A DNA stretch of 64,000 nt from Yuukianura sp. NJ FZ-2021. Its lineage: Eukaryota. The notes below the pieces were generated by a model, which saw only the letters and a list, made by a program, of their open reading frames with translations, made no database searches and was not told the DNA's origin. A program made the position numbers and the translations under genes. The stretch lies in the NCBI GenBank assembly GCA_046563655.1, contig CM102287.1, positions 9,734,001 to 9,798,000 of the forward strand, written 5' to 3'. Shown piece after piece: positions 37,876 to 51,182 of the stretch. Each line of letters opens with the position of its first letter. The first letter of the stretch is position 1.

Positions 37876-40800
37876 CACTGAAATCTGGATCTGAAATTTT
37901 GAAAGTTAGTTAAGAATTGTGTCGACAAAAGTAAAACATACACTCAAAATGTTATGTGTTATGAGGAGCTTCGTGTTTTGCAAAGAGTATTCCACTTAAG
38001 ATTGTAATTGCACTCGATTAAGCTGGTTAACCACAAGGTCATCAGAGGTCACCACACCCTCTACTCGTCTAAAAAGTTGCTACACGTTTCGTGATTCAAA
38101 ATCACTTATTGCGTAAGTATTACACATCAAAAATTCCGCACAGCTTTTCTCCAAATTTTACCATAAAATTTTGATTTAATTTTTGAGTTTTTGAAACCTG
38201 TTTTGGAAGTTTTCAGTTGAAGAATCAGTTTCCAATTGAAATCTACGTTTTAAGTTCCTCTACCACTAGAGTAAAATTTTTGAAAATTTGGAAAATACTG
38301 TTACTGAGGGCCTGTAATTGCTATTTTTAAGTTCAAAAAATGTAAAAGTACTGTACTTTCTGTACACTTTTTCTTCTAAATTCCACAAAAGGGACACATT
38401 TATCACTTGTCTCATTTTCCTTAGTAGTTCCATTTCTGAAGTATTTGCATGGGCCCTTGAAGGGGTCATGGACCCTTAATGGTCCCAACTTATCCAATAA
38501 CTTAGGCTTTGAAGGGTCAGATATTTTTCACTTGAGGAACTTTGTTCTGCTGAGTTCAATGCTTTAATGGACTCCGATTTCTCCCCTCTTCAAACTCAAC
38601 TTTTTTCTTAGAAAATGGAAAGTTTCGCTCCATTTTATACAAAATTGGGGATCACTTTTCAATGAAAAGAAAGTGAGGGATTTTGGAGAAAAGTCAAAGG
38701 CGAGGGAAAGTTTGAAAGAGGAAAGACGCCATTTGCAAAACTTTGCAATTCCAGAGTGAGAGACACTTCTCAAGTGTCTGTCTCCGACTTGGGGGCCCTT
38801 CTGAAAAAGCGCGGGATTTCTGATTTCAATTTTACAGGGATTAGGGCCCTTGATCTACCACCAAGGGACGCCTAAACTGACAGCAGACAGACAAGGGGAC
38901 TTTAATTTTAAAACTTTTCAAAACACTAAACATCAAATTTAATTTTAAAACAAACATTTTCTAAAACAATGTTCAGAGAAAGTAGTAAAAAGGAAAAAAT
39001 CTGCTCAAAATTCGCAAAAATTTGAAATAACATTCTCATCTCAAAATTTTCGTTTTTGGAAAAACACGTTTTGTTCCTGCTGCAGTTTGAGTGGAGCCTT
39101 TTTAATTTTAGATGATTAAGCCGAAAAGGAGAAGTTTTTAGAAATTTTCTCTTTTCGAAACTTTCTCTTTTCGAAACTTTCTTTTTAAAACTGTTGTTTT
39201 TCTTGGCTCGAAGCCTGATTGAATTGTTTTCGAACTTTTTTTTACTTTCACTTTTTTTTTTCGTTTTTCCAAAATGTTGAAGTGAAGAGGGGTCATTTTC
39301 TGGCGTGTCCTCAGAGAGCGAGAAAGTGCAATAAATCAGGTGGAGCAGGAGAGAGCGGAATTGACTTTCACTACGTTCTAACATCAATTCAAAACTAACA
39401 CTTTTTTCAAACTTTCCCGCACCGAACGTCCATTTCCAAAGAAGAGTCGGGAGAGTAACAAGTTTGAGAGTGGACGGTGATTGGTGAAAAGTTTATTGGC
39501 ACGTTCTCTCCCGCTCAATTTTAAATGATGTTCTGAACAGCCTCTGCTTTCTCCTCCTCATTTACTTAATGATGCTCGTCTCTTCTTCTGCCGACTACTT
39601 TAAAATTTCCAAAGAAAGTTTTCTGGTGAACATAACCGTTTCCTTGATGGCTGCCCCGCCGCGGTGGTGGCTCTAGTAGCCCCGCCGTCTGAAGATAATC
39701 TTTTTGGATTTTATGTTCTGAACGTGCAGAACTAAAGGAGAAGAAGGGGAGCATTAATTCATTACATATTTAATTACGAGATATAAATTCTGCTTTTAAT
39801 TACATCTCCACCCATTGTTCCCGCCAAAAACTGGAATTTCTCCTGTCATCTCATGCTATCACGCCGCCAAAAAGACTTTCACCAACTCCTCACTCTTTTC
39901 TCTCAACTTTCAAAGATTATTCATCTCTTGAAGCGTTGGCAATTTTCAATGTTGGCTGACCCGTCCACTGTTTTGAATTTTCAAAATTTTGAAAAAAGAG
40001 AAAACAAAATTTTGCAACTTTTTTTTGCAATGATTTTACAAGCTCAACACATTTGTCATACACTTTTTGTTAGAGTTTGAGTTGCAGTTTTTTGGGAACA
40101 GATTTTGTGACATTTTGATTTAAACTTTTGTGCTTTGTGTGCATTTTTGTGACGTTTGGATGCACATTTTGTGACTGTTTGGTGCACATTTCACTAAAAG
40201 CGAAGGATTTTCTAAGTTTGGATGAACTTTTTGGTTGAGCTGGTTTGGATTTGTGTAAGCTTTGTGCGTGCGGGGTTTGGTTGACGTTGACGAGAGTGGT
40301 GCATTTGTGCCCATGCTGGGCCCCGTGCGTGTCTGGAGTGAATTCTTGTGAAAATGACACTTTCTGTTGCACGGGAAAAAGTGAAAGTTTTGTAATGCAC
40401 GAGAGTGCGGCGGAAATGCATCTCCGGGAATCCTTCCTTTGATCTTCTCTGCCCATTAAATGAAGATCACATCGGATCAACCCTGCCCAACCCTCACCTT
40501 CAAAAACACACCGAAATAACACACTTTACACACCAAAAATACACATAACATTCCACACACACAAAAATATACACATTCCAAACACTAAAAATTGCACAAG
40601 TTACACTCCATCCAAAAATTAAACCTCTCAAGAAATGTCATCAAAACACAAAACTAAAAACAGTTATTTCTCTTCACCGCTTGCTTTGGCAAAAATGTGT
40701 CGATTGAAAAGACTTGAATAGAACTTGACGCTAACGTTATTTTTTTTTGTTTTTGAAAAAGCTTTCCAGAAAGTGTTTCAGTTGAAAAGTGGAGGATGAT

Positions 40801-41922
40801 TTGGACGATATGAGATTGACCTAGACGATAGACGTTCATTTATTTCCATGAATTGGAAGCGCAGTGCGAAGATCGCTTCTGCTTTTGCTAAATTACGCTT
40901 CTGTCACTTCTCCACTTCCCCAGCCACATCAATCATGTCCCCAAATGATCTTCCTTTCATCTCCAGAAACTCACAAAGACTCAAAGTAAGCAAAAAGTCA
41001 AAAACCAAAACTCCAACCTTTTAAAACGACCAACTTTTCCGGAAGGAAGGCCGTACAACCCATCGAAGTGGACGTTTTTTCGCAAGAAAAAAGCTGGAAA
41101 ACGGAGGTTGTCCAAGGAGGCGCACTTCCGCTTCTTTCACTGGCGCTCCGGACACAATAGACGGAAGGAAGGAAAGCAGACGGTTCGCCTCATCACTGCT
41201 CTCTCAGAAAAGCATTGGAAGATAAGTGTATCTGAGTAGTAGTGTGGTGATGTCCACGGTGCAGTTGACAGTGTAATTTGAAAGTAGTTCCAGAAGACGC
41301 TGGAAGGAGAAGATTGAGTGTTCTGTGACTGGAAATTGACAAATATGAGTCTTAAGGGAGGAGGGGAAGGGAGAAAGTCATTTGAGACTTTGAGGAAAAT
41401 GAAGTGGAGGGAGGATTGGCTTTTTCCAGGGAAGATGGATTAAATTACAAATGTCAAAATCACATTGTGCTGCTCCTACGGAGGAGAACGATGACTTTGT
41501 TCGATGTTTTTCAAAGTAAAAAGAACCGATTTTTTAGAACCAAGAAACAAGAGGTTTTCATTTAGAAAAATGATGTTGAACATTATTTAAAAAAGAGAAA
41601 GTTGGGGAAAGATTTCTCCCGCCGATCAACTTTTCTGTCAGACAAAAGCTTGGGGGTACCTCAGCCAAAAAAGTTTTAAAACTAAGTCAAATTTGTTACT
41701 GATATTGTTATATATTATCAATTAGTTTGATATATGTATTAATTTATAGTAAAAGTTAAATTAAATTATAATTGATAATTATTGAATTAATTAAAAACAA
41801 AATACTTGAAATTTCACTATTGTTTCAAACATTTGTCGTTGCGGTCTCACCGTAAGACAGCATTTTCACAATTCAAAAAATTGGCGCCAATCAAAAATAC
41901 CGGGATGGCTTTGTTGTTGTTT

Positions 41923-42232
41923 TTAATTTTTTGAGTTGTACCAACAGCTACTGCGAGATGCCGACATTATTGATTAAATCATCATACTTGGGCATCCTGA
42001 ATTAATTAATTATTAACTAACTTAAGTAAACTGCTTATGTATTCATGCAAGCAAAATTTATATAATTAACGTAATTAAAATTTGATGATTTAATATAATT
42101 TTTAGTTTAAATTATATTCAGTTTTAATTAATTCTGTAATTAGATAATTAATTAATTTGAAGTGCCCAGCTCTGCATGTCGGGCACCACGGTAGTGACTG
42201 TGGGTAGCTGTTACACCAATTTGAAAAAATAA
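41923..42232. mobile_element. Degenerate fold-back / MITE-like element
   Basis: Colinear inverted blocks: left AACAGCTAC, TGCCGACAT, TGGGCA, AATTAATTAATTAT vs right ATAATTAAATTAATT, TGCCCA, ATGTCGGGCA, GTAGCTGTT around an AT-rich core; no clear TSD. Confidence 0.45.
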
Positions 42233-43063
42233 TTTCCACTTCGGCTGACCGCCAGCAACAGGTGATTGGAATTTGGAGTATCGAATATCGATTGGCTGTG
42301 TTGTCCGGTAATTGTCATTTGTCAATCAATCAATTAACGACTAATTACATTGTCAGTCATCAATCAATCAATTAACGACTAATTTGAGTGTCAGTCATCA
42401 ATCAACCATTACTCAGTGTTTGTGTTTCATCCAGAACATCGCTGTGCCTGAACCCTCTTTATCCTCTGCCTTTTGTATACTGGATCTCCTCTTCATCTTC
42501 AAAAGCAGGTTCTTTCATTTTCAAAACATTGGCCATTCTTGTACAAATATTGAAATTGGGTTGCTGTAGTCTCGTAGTGTGTTGGAAATTCGAATGTGGT
42601 TCGCTGAGGATAATGTAGTCTGTTTCAACTTTCAGGAATATGGTGTAATTTGAAGAGGGAGACTGAACGACTGAAGAACGTTGGGAAGCGTCAACTGTTG
42701 GAACTGCAGAAGAGGGACAAGGACTCCAGTGAAGGAACAGAGGAACACAATTTAATTTAACACCCCAAAAAGTCAAGCAGAACGTGGACAGAGTACGAAT
42801 ACCCTCTTTTGTTCTACACTTTATTTTGAAAGTCCGTAAGCTCTCTCCCTTTTTCAAAATATGAGGCTTTTTGAAACCGTCGCGTAGAAATGTCTCCTCG
42901 TTTGAACACTTTGAACACACTTTCTCCAGGTTCCATTCGGTTTTTTCTGGAAGGGAGGGATAAGGAACATACATTAGGCAGAAGGCAAGCTTTTACGTCT
43001 TACGTGGTGGGGGAAACGAATTCTCATGTTCATTTCAATTCCAAATTCAACCTTGGCATTCCG

Positions 43064-43195
43064 TAGGCAAAATGACAATTCAACCTTGTCATTTTGCCTA
43101 AACTTGATACTTTGTACTCTTCCACCCACCCGTTTTTTGATTCATTTGAATTTGTTCACTGTGCATGATGTTACTACGTCAAATTCAAATGAATC
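43064..43195. repeat. Two adjacent perfect inverted repeats (15-bp and 16-bp stems)
   Basis: taggcaaaatgacaa 43064-43078 / ttgtcattttgccta 43086-43100; gattcatttgaatttg 43139-43154 / caaattcaaatgaatc 43180-43195. Confidence 0.9.
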
Positions 43196-45111
43196 GCTGG
43201 AGAGCTGGACCGGGCTGATTTGAAAATCAAGCTTTCACTACCGCAGGGGGAGACGGGAAGTAACTTTGAATAGCGAATTAAGCCAATTTTGGAATTGGAG
43301 GATTTGTGGAAAACGGGAAAAGTGCATTAGGTTGTACGTTTTAAGGTTTCTAGTTTTGTTTTGCGCTTGAGGGACTTTTGGGTTTAGTTGATGGAAAATT
43401 AGGTTCTGGGAGGAAATGGTTAGGTTATGTTGCAGTTAGGTTGCAGTTAGTGTGGTTTTACAGTGTAAAATTTACACTCTACTCAGGTAGAGAGTGTAAC
43501 GAAAGTGAAAGTGAGGATGCAAAGTGGCAGGGGAAATTAGGCGGAGCGGGAAAGCGAGAAGCCAAAAATAGAATTTATGATTCAATTCTTCACACCTTTT
43601 GCATATTGTAGCCGCGAGAAGCGCTTTTTACTATGGTTAGCAAGGAGCAGCGATAGATTCAGCGTCGTTCCAGCGTTTAAGCGAAGGTTTCAGGAAGCAA
43701 CTAAGCTGCAAGTTCAACAACTGGAACTTTACGAGGCCAAAATGGATTTAAATTACTTTTTGATATGATACACTACTGTTCACTTTCGCTCTTTGAGCTT
43801 AAATTCCAAAAAACGTTGTAAATTTTACTACAAAATTTACAACTTTCGATGCTGAAAATTTTGTTTAGCAAAATTCTGAATTTTCAAACTGTTATGAGAT
43901 TTTGTTGCCGAAAAAATTTCACTACCGGTTGTCCGTCGTTCAACTTTTTCTTTCGAATTTGGATAATCTAATTACATGATATTGTGAAAGTTTCCGCTCT
44001 CAAAATTGTACAATTTTTATAGATGATTTGCGTCGTTCTTCCAAAATTTTGGATTTCAGAATTAGAATTTTCAAAATTCAAAACAAAATGTCTTTTCTCG
44101 TTTCAAAGAGTTTTAAGGCCTGCACGGAGTTTAGGTTGATATTTTCAAAATTTGAAAACTTTTTTTTTAAATTTTCTTTTGATTACACTCTCTCAAACAT
44201 AAAATTTTTCTTTTAAAGAAATAAAAACAGAAAGAAGCATCTGCTGGATTTTTCAGCTTTTCTTCGCAATGAAAGCAAGAAGCAGATGGAGAAAATGAAA
44301 ACTTTCTCTGCTGCTTTCCTTTGTTCCCAAAAATCATAATCTTTTTTTCCGTGTTCTTAAAAAATCCTCTCTTTTTTTAAAAACACTTTCTTTCTTTTTG
44401 CTTGAGCACTTAAATCTTAGAGTTTTGTAGCTCTGCATTTTAATTACAGCAGAGTAAATCATTTCGGAGGAGGAGGGTGGTGGGAGAGCATTCAAATTAC
44501 TTCATTACTTCAGCATGAGAGCAGATTTGGAGGGAGTAACTACTGGGATGGTAGCATTAGGCTCTTCTCCACAACGCACATTCATAATTCATTCTATAAT
44601 TTCCAGATTAAGAATTCTAAATCAACTTTTGTTCCAATTGGAATTCAGAACTAGGCTTCTCCAGCCCACTTTTTTTCAACTCAACTGACAAAACGATGGA
44701 ACTTTTAGCACAACGAGCGCTGAACGCTTGACTTAGGAACAGGATGAGAGGCGTGTAAATTAAGACGTGCTTTAAATGTCTATAAAATTGGCACTAAATT
44801 GGCACGAAACTTTGCAGAGACGCTGCCTGCGTTTCTCCTTTATGTTTTACGTGGTTCGTTGAACAAGAATCCTAAAGTGAAAAGTTTTTTTTTCTTGATG
44901 GTTTTGGCACTTTTAGTGAAAGCGGAAATGAATTTGAATTTGATTTCGTATGAATTTTTGTCTCTTTCTGATTCTTTTTTCATTTCCGGCACGATTTTTT
45001 CCCTCAAAAATTTTATAGAACTTTCCCAGTTATGCTTTTTTTTTTCAATTTTTTTTTGAAACTTGATGTTTGATTTTTTGATGTATTTTTTAAATTTCAG
45101 GTGATAAAAAG

Positions 45112-48100
45112 ATGAACAACATCTCGGAGTCGCGGTTGACGGCGGACATTTTGGCAGTTTGTGACACTCTTGGCGTGTCGAATGGAGAAACGTATTTGAG
45201 AGATCCACAATGTTTGAGTGAGTTTTATGAAAATTGTGAATTTTGAAATTTTGAAGTTATGTAAATGTAAGGTGATGCCACTAATTGTTGTTATTTTTGA
45301 AACAGGTAGTACAAAGGATTTAATTTTGTACTTGCGGCGAGACAAGGCAGACCATACGACACGTCGTCTGTTGGGTGAATCTCAGATTGTTCAAAGGGAT
45401 TTGATTCCCATTTACAAAGCAGAAGACTGTAGTGAAGAACTGGCTGAAGTTGTTTTGCGGTAAGCAACCGCCGAATTCCTTCTTTGTTCACTTTAATTAC
45501 ACAAAAAGAAACTAACGTAAAATTATGTTGGAGACGCTTATATGCTAAAATGTTAGGGTTTTGAATATGGTTAATAGAAAGTGAATGAGGGGAGGAAGAT
45601 GATAATGGTGGCGTTAGTGTCATATGGTGGTGATCCTTTAATGTCCCTATTTCTGGATTGTCTTTGGCCGGAGTAGGATGTTGTGGAAGATGAGAAGATG
45701 TTCCATATGAGGAATGAATTGATGTCGTGGGAAATATATTTAGGCGGAAGGAGGAATAGATCCCAGGACCCCTTTGAGGGAATTGACACTTTGGACCACC
45801 GCTCCGCTTGTCTCAACTTGTGAGAAGGCACAAAGCGCCTTTCTCCCTTTTTATTACGGCTAACATAAAAAGAGACGCTTTCTCTTCTTCATCTCTCTGC
45901 ACGTCCGCTTCTTTTTGGGAAATATTGGCCTTTACCGCGGTTACCGCAGTTGAGCGGTAAGGCGGTAAAGGAAGGCCGATACCGGAAATTCTCAATAACA
46001 ATTTTTATTGTCGTCTGTTATGATTGCGTGGGAAAATGAAAGTGGGTGAAAACTTTGTTGGTTTTGTGGATTGTCGAAGAGAATATTAGTTTTTCTTTTG
46101 TTTTCTTTCCGTTTTTTGGAGAAATGTCTTCATCTGGAATTGGAACTTGTGGGATTGGAGCCAAACATAAACAGAATGTTGGTTCCCGCAGTTTCTAAAA
46201 AGATGCTGCATCTTCCAGGTCCTCGCACGGGCTGATTATCTTCCGTTTTTTGGACAAAGTCAACAAAAAGGAACAGTGGGACGACAAAAGTTTTGTTTTG
46301 TTATGAAAAACGGAGCGTGCGGGATGAGTTTTTGGGAAAACGTGGTTGTGGTTGCAGCGTGCCAAGAAACAGAACAACTTTTCAAAAAGACTAAAAGACC
46401 AAGTTTTTTGAAAAGTTGGAAAAGTTTTGTTGCTTTTTGAGACAGATGGTTTTTGAATTCTCGCAGCTTAAGGACAGGAAGGGGGAGAAAATGGGGGTGA
46501 AAATGATTTTGAACACAAAATTTGAACGACTAAAAATGCTTTTTTCTTCATTTTTTTTTTGTAAAATGTGTTAAAATGGATGATGTTTTGAATGATAATG
46601 GAAGAGAGAGAGCGTATTTTCAGTTGGGTGGATTCAATTGAAGGAACGGAGGGACTTTGCATGACGTTAATCGGAGTGTAAGTAGAGTCATAAAACTTTT
46701 CCTGGATTCCTTCTTTTCTTTAGTATGACGGAGCTATGAACCGGAATTTATGACCTCGAGCGAATTTCTTATGACCTCCGTTCTTCCAGTGCACAAAGCT
46801 CCTCCGTCTGCCAAAAAACATCACTTTCCGTCGGTACGCTCCGAGGCTCCTTAATGGCTCTTCTTCAGCCTTCTTTCTCCAGAAACGATAGAAGTTGGGG
46901 TAGAGATCGTTTGGTTAACTTGTGTCTTTTGAGATTGTTAACCTAACATAACTTAGGCTAAAATAATCTTAGGTTAGCCTAACATGTCAAACCTAATGTT
47001 AAAAATGTCTTTTGAAATGTTGTTTTAGGTTGATGGTAAACTTGACAACGCCAGCACTTTTGCTCTATGAACAAGGAGTTCCCAAGGACAAAATTGTGCA
47101 GAATCATGTGATAGAGATGACAAGACATTTGCAGGCATACAAAGTAGCGTTTGCTGACGAAGAGTTCTGGACAGTCGTGTCGGGCCGACTCGGAAAACTA
47201 CTGGAGGTGAATTTTGATTTTTGAAAAAAATTTTCACTATTTTTTGAAAATTGAATTTTGGTTTTTGATATTTTTGTATTCTGTTTTTTTCAGAATATGG
47301 AGCTGATTCTGGAAGTGCAAAAATTGACGCTCGAGAGGATTTTGATTTTGATTCGGAACGTGTTGCACGTTCCAGCGGACCCAGCAGAGGAAATGCGAAA
47401 TGATGACGATGCAAATGTGCACGACCAGGTAAGGGAGCAGCACCGTGGAAAAAACCGTGGAAATGGCACCGTGGGATGATTTTTGTGTGTGTGCATGTCT
47501 AACAGTCTTTTGTTGTTTGGTTTTGTAGATCCTTTGGGTGATGCAGAAGGCGGGTATTTTGGATTTGCTCCTGTTCATTGCGTCCTCGGATTCCACGAGA
47601 GAGTTTTGCATGCATGTTGTTGAGGTGAGAGAAAATGGAAAACGGAAAGGAGAAAAGGAATTTTCAAAATCCGGAAAATCCTTCAAAGTGTGAAAGTGAT
47701 TTTGATTTTTTTGGATTTTTAGACGTTGACATTGATTTTTCGAGAGCAGAGTGGTGAGCAACTGGCAAAAACGAAGTTGGAACAAACTCGGGAAGATATT
47801 CTGAGAGATTCACAAGAACTGGCGGCAACAATGAGAGCAGAAATGGCTAAGAGACGTCAGCAACCAATGGCGACAAGGTGACAAGAAAAAAAATTTGAGC
47901 AAAAAAGTTTTGAATTTTTGAAATAAGAGGTTCGAAATGGAGGTTGTCAACTTTTTGAAAATTTTTGCATTTCAGGAATTTTGGTGGAACTTTTGTCATT
48001 CGGGGTTTAAAATCTGCAAGTGGAAATGATCAAATTTGTCACAAACCGGTGGAATCTCTGGCCGATCTGAGTTTGGATTATCACAAAGTACTAAAAATGT

Positions 48101-51100
48101 GAATTTTTTAAAAACTTCAAGCGAAAAGGAAAATTTTTTAAAATTTCATTTTTTTAGAAATCTAAGAAAACTGCGAAGAATAAGTGTCAAGTTGTTGAGA
48201 AGAAAGTAACCAGGAGATCCACTCTGAGCATGCGTCTACTCCTGAAAGAATTCTGTACGGAATTTCTAAATGGATCCTACAATCATCTGATGCGGATTGT
48301 TAAGGTTTTTGTACTTTCACTTCCACTTTCACTTTTTAATTTGATTTCCAAAGTCAATCTGATTTTGAGATTGACTGTTCAAATTAACTTTTTTTGTATT
48401 TTTTTTTACTCTCTTCCACTTGCTCTTTTAGGATCGACTGACTCGTGAGAGAGGCCAAGAGAATGATGAGATTTACTATCTGGGTGCAATGAGATTTTTC
48501 ATGGAATTCAATCGATACGCCGATTCGGAGTTCACAGTGGCTCGTGTCAGGTAATTTAACAAAATAATTTATGTTTCCCTGAACACAACTCTACTTCTTT
48601 CTGTGCTCAAATAGTTCAAACACAAAACCTAACCTTAACCTAATGTTAGCCTAACGTTAGCCTGAAGAAAAACAGACGAAGAGTTGTAAAAGACCAACAC
48701 AGTTTGTGTGATGCTTCCCTACAGAATTCCAAAGTGAGAAGAATTTTGTAGAGTTGGAGAGAATAGGAGAAAAGTTGAAAAGTTTTGGTCTCACGTTCTT
48801 GTCAAAGTGTGAAATGTGTTCATTTGTACTTTTTAGGGTTAGTTTAACCTTGGTTAAAACTTAGTTTTAACATCAGATTTTAACTTTCAACTTTTGTTTT
48901 TAGTGAAACTGTGAGCATCGTGTCTTTTCACTACGTGCAAGGGCTGATTTCAAATTTCCATGACCTCATGAGCACGGACAAGGACAATTTGACTTTATGG
49001 AGTAAGCGGGCTCACATGGCGCTGCGAGCCTACCAAGTAAGATTTCGAAATTTTGAACAAAATTTTGAAAAATTGTTTTTGAAAAAAGAAAAATCAAACT
49101 TTTTGATAAATTTTTGATGTTTGTTTCTTAGGAACTTCTGACTACTGTATTCGTCATGGACAAAACTCCGGAAACTGCCGAAGCAGCTCGAGTAATTCAG
49201 TCTTCAATTTTTTATTTGCCGGAATACCGAGAACTTTGTGTCGGTCTACTCACAAACTACGAAGGACGAAAACTCTCAAGAAATTATTTGTGTGACCTTG
49301 TCGAAACTAATCACAGTTTTCTCAAAATGTTGGAAGAATTTACCCGGGAGAGGAAAATTTTAGTCCGAGGCAAAAAACGAGGATCAAGTAAGAAAACTTT
49401 CTCTTTTTTAAAAAACGAACTTTGTTCTACTTTTTTTCTTAGAACGGGGTCTTGTTCTTGTCCTGGGGTGATTTACTCTTGTTCAGCTATTTAGATTAAG
49501 CGGTTTTTCAAACAAGGGAGCTTCATTTTAAAGTAGGATTTTAATTTGAAATTCAAATAGGTCCGCCAGATCGTATCGTTTCCAAACGACACTTTTTAAC
49601 TTTTTGCCTCTGAGCTAAAGTCGGGAGTTGAGCATGACCTGGTAACTGCTTCCTTTTTGTTCGAACTCTGAAACACTTTTTTGTCATTGTCATGATGAAA
49701 AAGAGGAAAGTCAAGAAAGTGGAACAAGGAGAAGGGAGTTCCCTGGAGAAAGTTGCTTCTTTCTCTTCCTCTGTTTCTGCTTGACGACAAAGTCTTATTA
49801 GACTACAAAATCCTTTTGTGATTATTGTCAATACGCTCTTTGCAAAGAAAAACTTAAAAGAGACAAAGAGAAAGGAAATCCAGAGGTTGCTGGCCACGGT
49901 GTACAGTGACGATTTACAAAAACTCTAAAACGGAAAAGATTTGTTTAATTTCGAGGTTTCTTAGAAACTATAGGGAAACCTACAGGGACAATTTTCAAAA
50001 ACTCGAAAACGGTTTTATTTGAAACTTCGGTTTTTAATTGAAACAGAACTGAAATCGGATTTGGGTTGATCTATTGATGCGAATTTGACTTCGGCTTTAC
50101 GAAATAAGCAGCTTTGGTTGCAAAATACAGTTTAGGTAGGCAAATATTGAATTTTTGAAATTGACAGTTCAGGTAGGAAAATACATACAGAAATTTCGAA
50201 ATTAAAGGCTTTCGTAGGAAAATACTGAAATTGTGAAATTAACAGACATTTTAGGAAAACGGTGAATTTTTGAGATTGGCAGGTTTTGGCAAGAAAATAT
50301 TGAAATTAACAGGTTAGTTATATAATTCTGAAATTTTGAAATTAATAATAATAACATGTTTGGTAGGAAAATATTGAATTATGTTGGGCTTTTTTTTTAA
50401 TTAAAAATGTGAAATTGGGGGTTATGGTGTTGAGAGTGATGAAAATTGTCACTGTAGTTGTATTTTGAATTTGGAGAATTAGAATTTCATGGTTGGTGGA
50501 GTCGTGTGTCGCTTTTGAAGTTCCCGGGAGAAAAGTGCGTCAATTCTGTTTTCCTTTTAACCTATTGTTTTCTTTGTTTTTCCAGGAAAAAGTCATGGAA
50601 AGAGAGGAAAGAAGGCGAAGACTGAGACGAAGAAAGTGAAGACAGAGAAAGAGTGGAAGGGAGTAGAGGAGTCGCTGGTTCAATTCCTGGAAGCGGGATC
50701 AGTGGAGGCAGTGGAGATGATCCCATTTGACGCTGCGAGTGAGGTGGCTGTTGATGAGCAACGGTAAATTACTCTTCCCTTCAGACGCAGTACTACCTCA
50801 TGATCATGTCTTTGTCTCTTCGTATCCTGTCTCTGTCAATGAGGAAATTACAAGGGATTAGTCACAGGGAAACAAAGAACTCCTTTTTCCTTACAAAAAA
50901 GAGCGGGAGACGCTGAACAAGTTGTTTTCGAAAAAAAAGTTTTTCGAAATCGCTTTTCCCGCTTGGTCCAAAGCTTCTTAATTTTTTTGGAAGCTTTTTT
51001 TTGTAGTGTTCCTCTGAGACAGGAGAAAGTCGTGTTCTAATTGGGAATTATTTTCTGTTTTTTTTTTCTCGTACTTATTTTTTTTTCTTGTGTTTCTGTA

Positions 51101-51182
51101 GGGGAGTAGCGATGAGTCGAATTGCAGCGTACCTTGGAAAACAGGAATTTAATGAAGCTGTGTCTCTCCTTCGAGCGGCAAA
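45112..51182 (+). CDS. timeout: timeout / timeless2 (mammalian TIMELESS type), first 13 coding exons; gene continues beyond the window
   Basis: Exons ~45112-45217, 45306-45459, 47029-47206, 47294-47428, 47529-47624, 47723-47877, 47976-48087, 48158-48304, 48432-48550, 48904-49036, 49132-49387, 50586-50762, 51102-51182. Motifs KDLILYLRRD, LMVNLTTPALL, LERILILIRNVLHVPAD...DDDANVHDQ, RNFGGTF, FFMEFNR, IFYLPEYREL, PFDAASEVAVDEQR fit TIMELESS/tim2 rather than fly tim1. Confidence 0.95.

Noticed and set aside
39566..39754. GC-richer short ORF preceded by an acceptor-like site
   Set aside because: No homology recognised and no partner exons found.
40080..40260. Degenerate TTTTGTGAC/TGCAC repeats and the overlapping 150-aa ORF
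   Set aside because: Low-complexity repeat with no clear unit or coding signature.
42459..42974. 171-aa ORF as a gene or transposase
   Set aside because: No recognisable domain or catalytic motif; left unassigned.
49561..49641. Possible poison cassette exon in a timeout intron
   Set aside because: AG/GT boundaries exist but are weak; flanking exons join cleanly without it and there is no transcript evidence.
45112..51182. Assignment as circadian timeless (tim1)
   Set aside because: Motifs such as HVPAD...DDDANVHDQ and PFDAASEV are TIMELESS/timeout-type.
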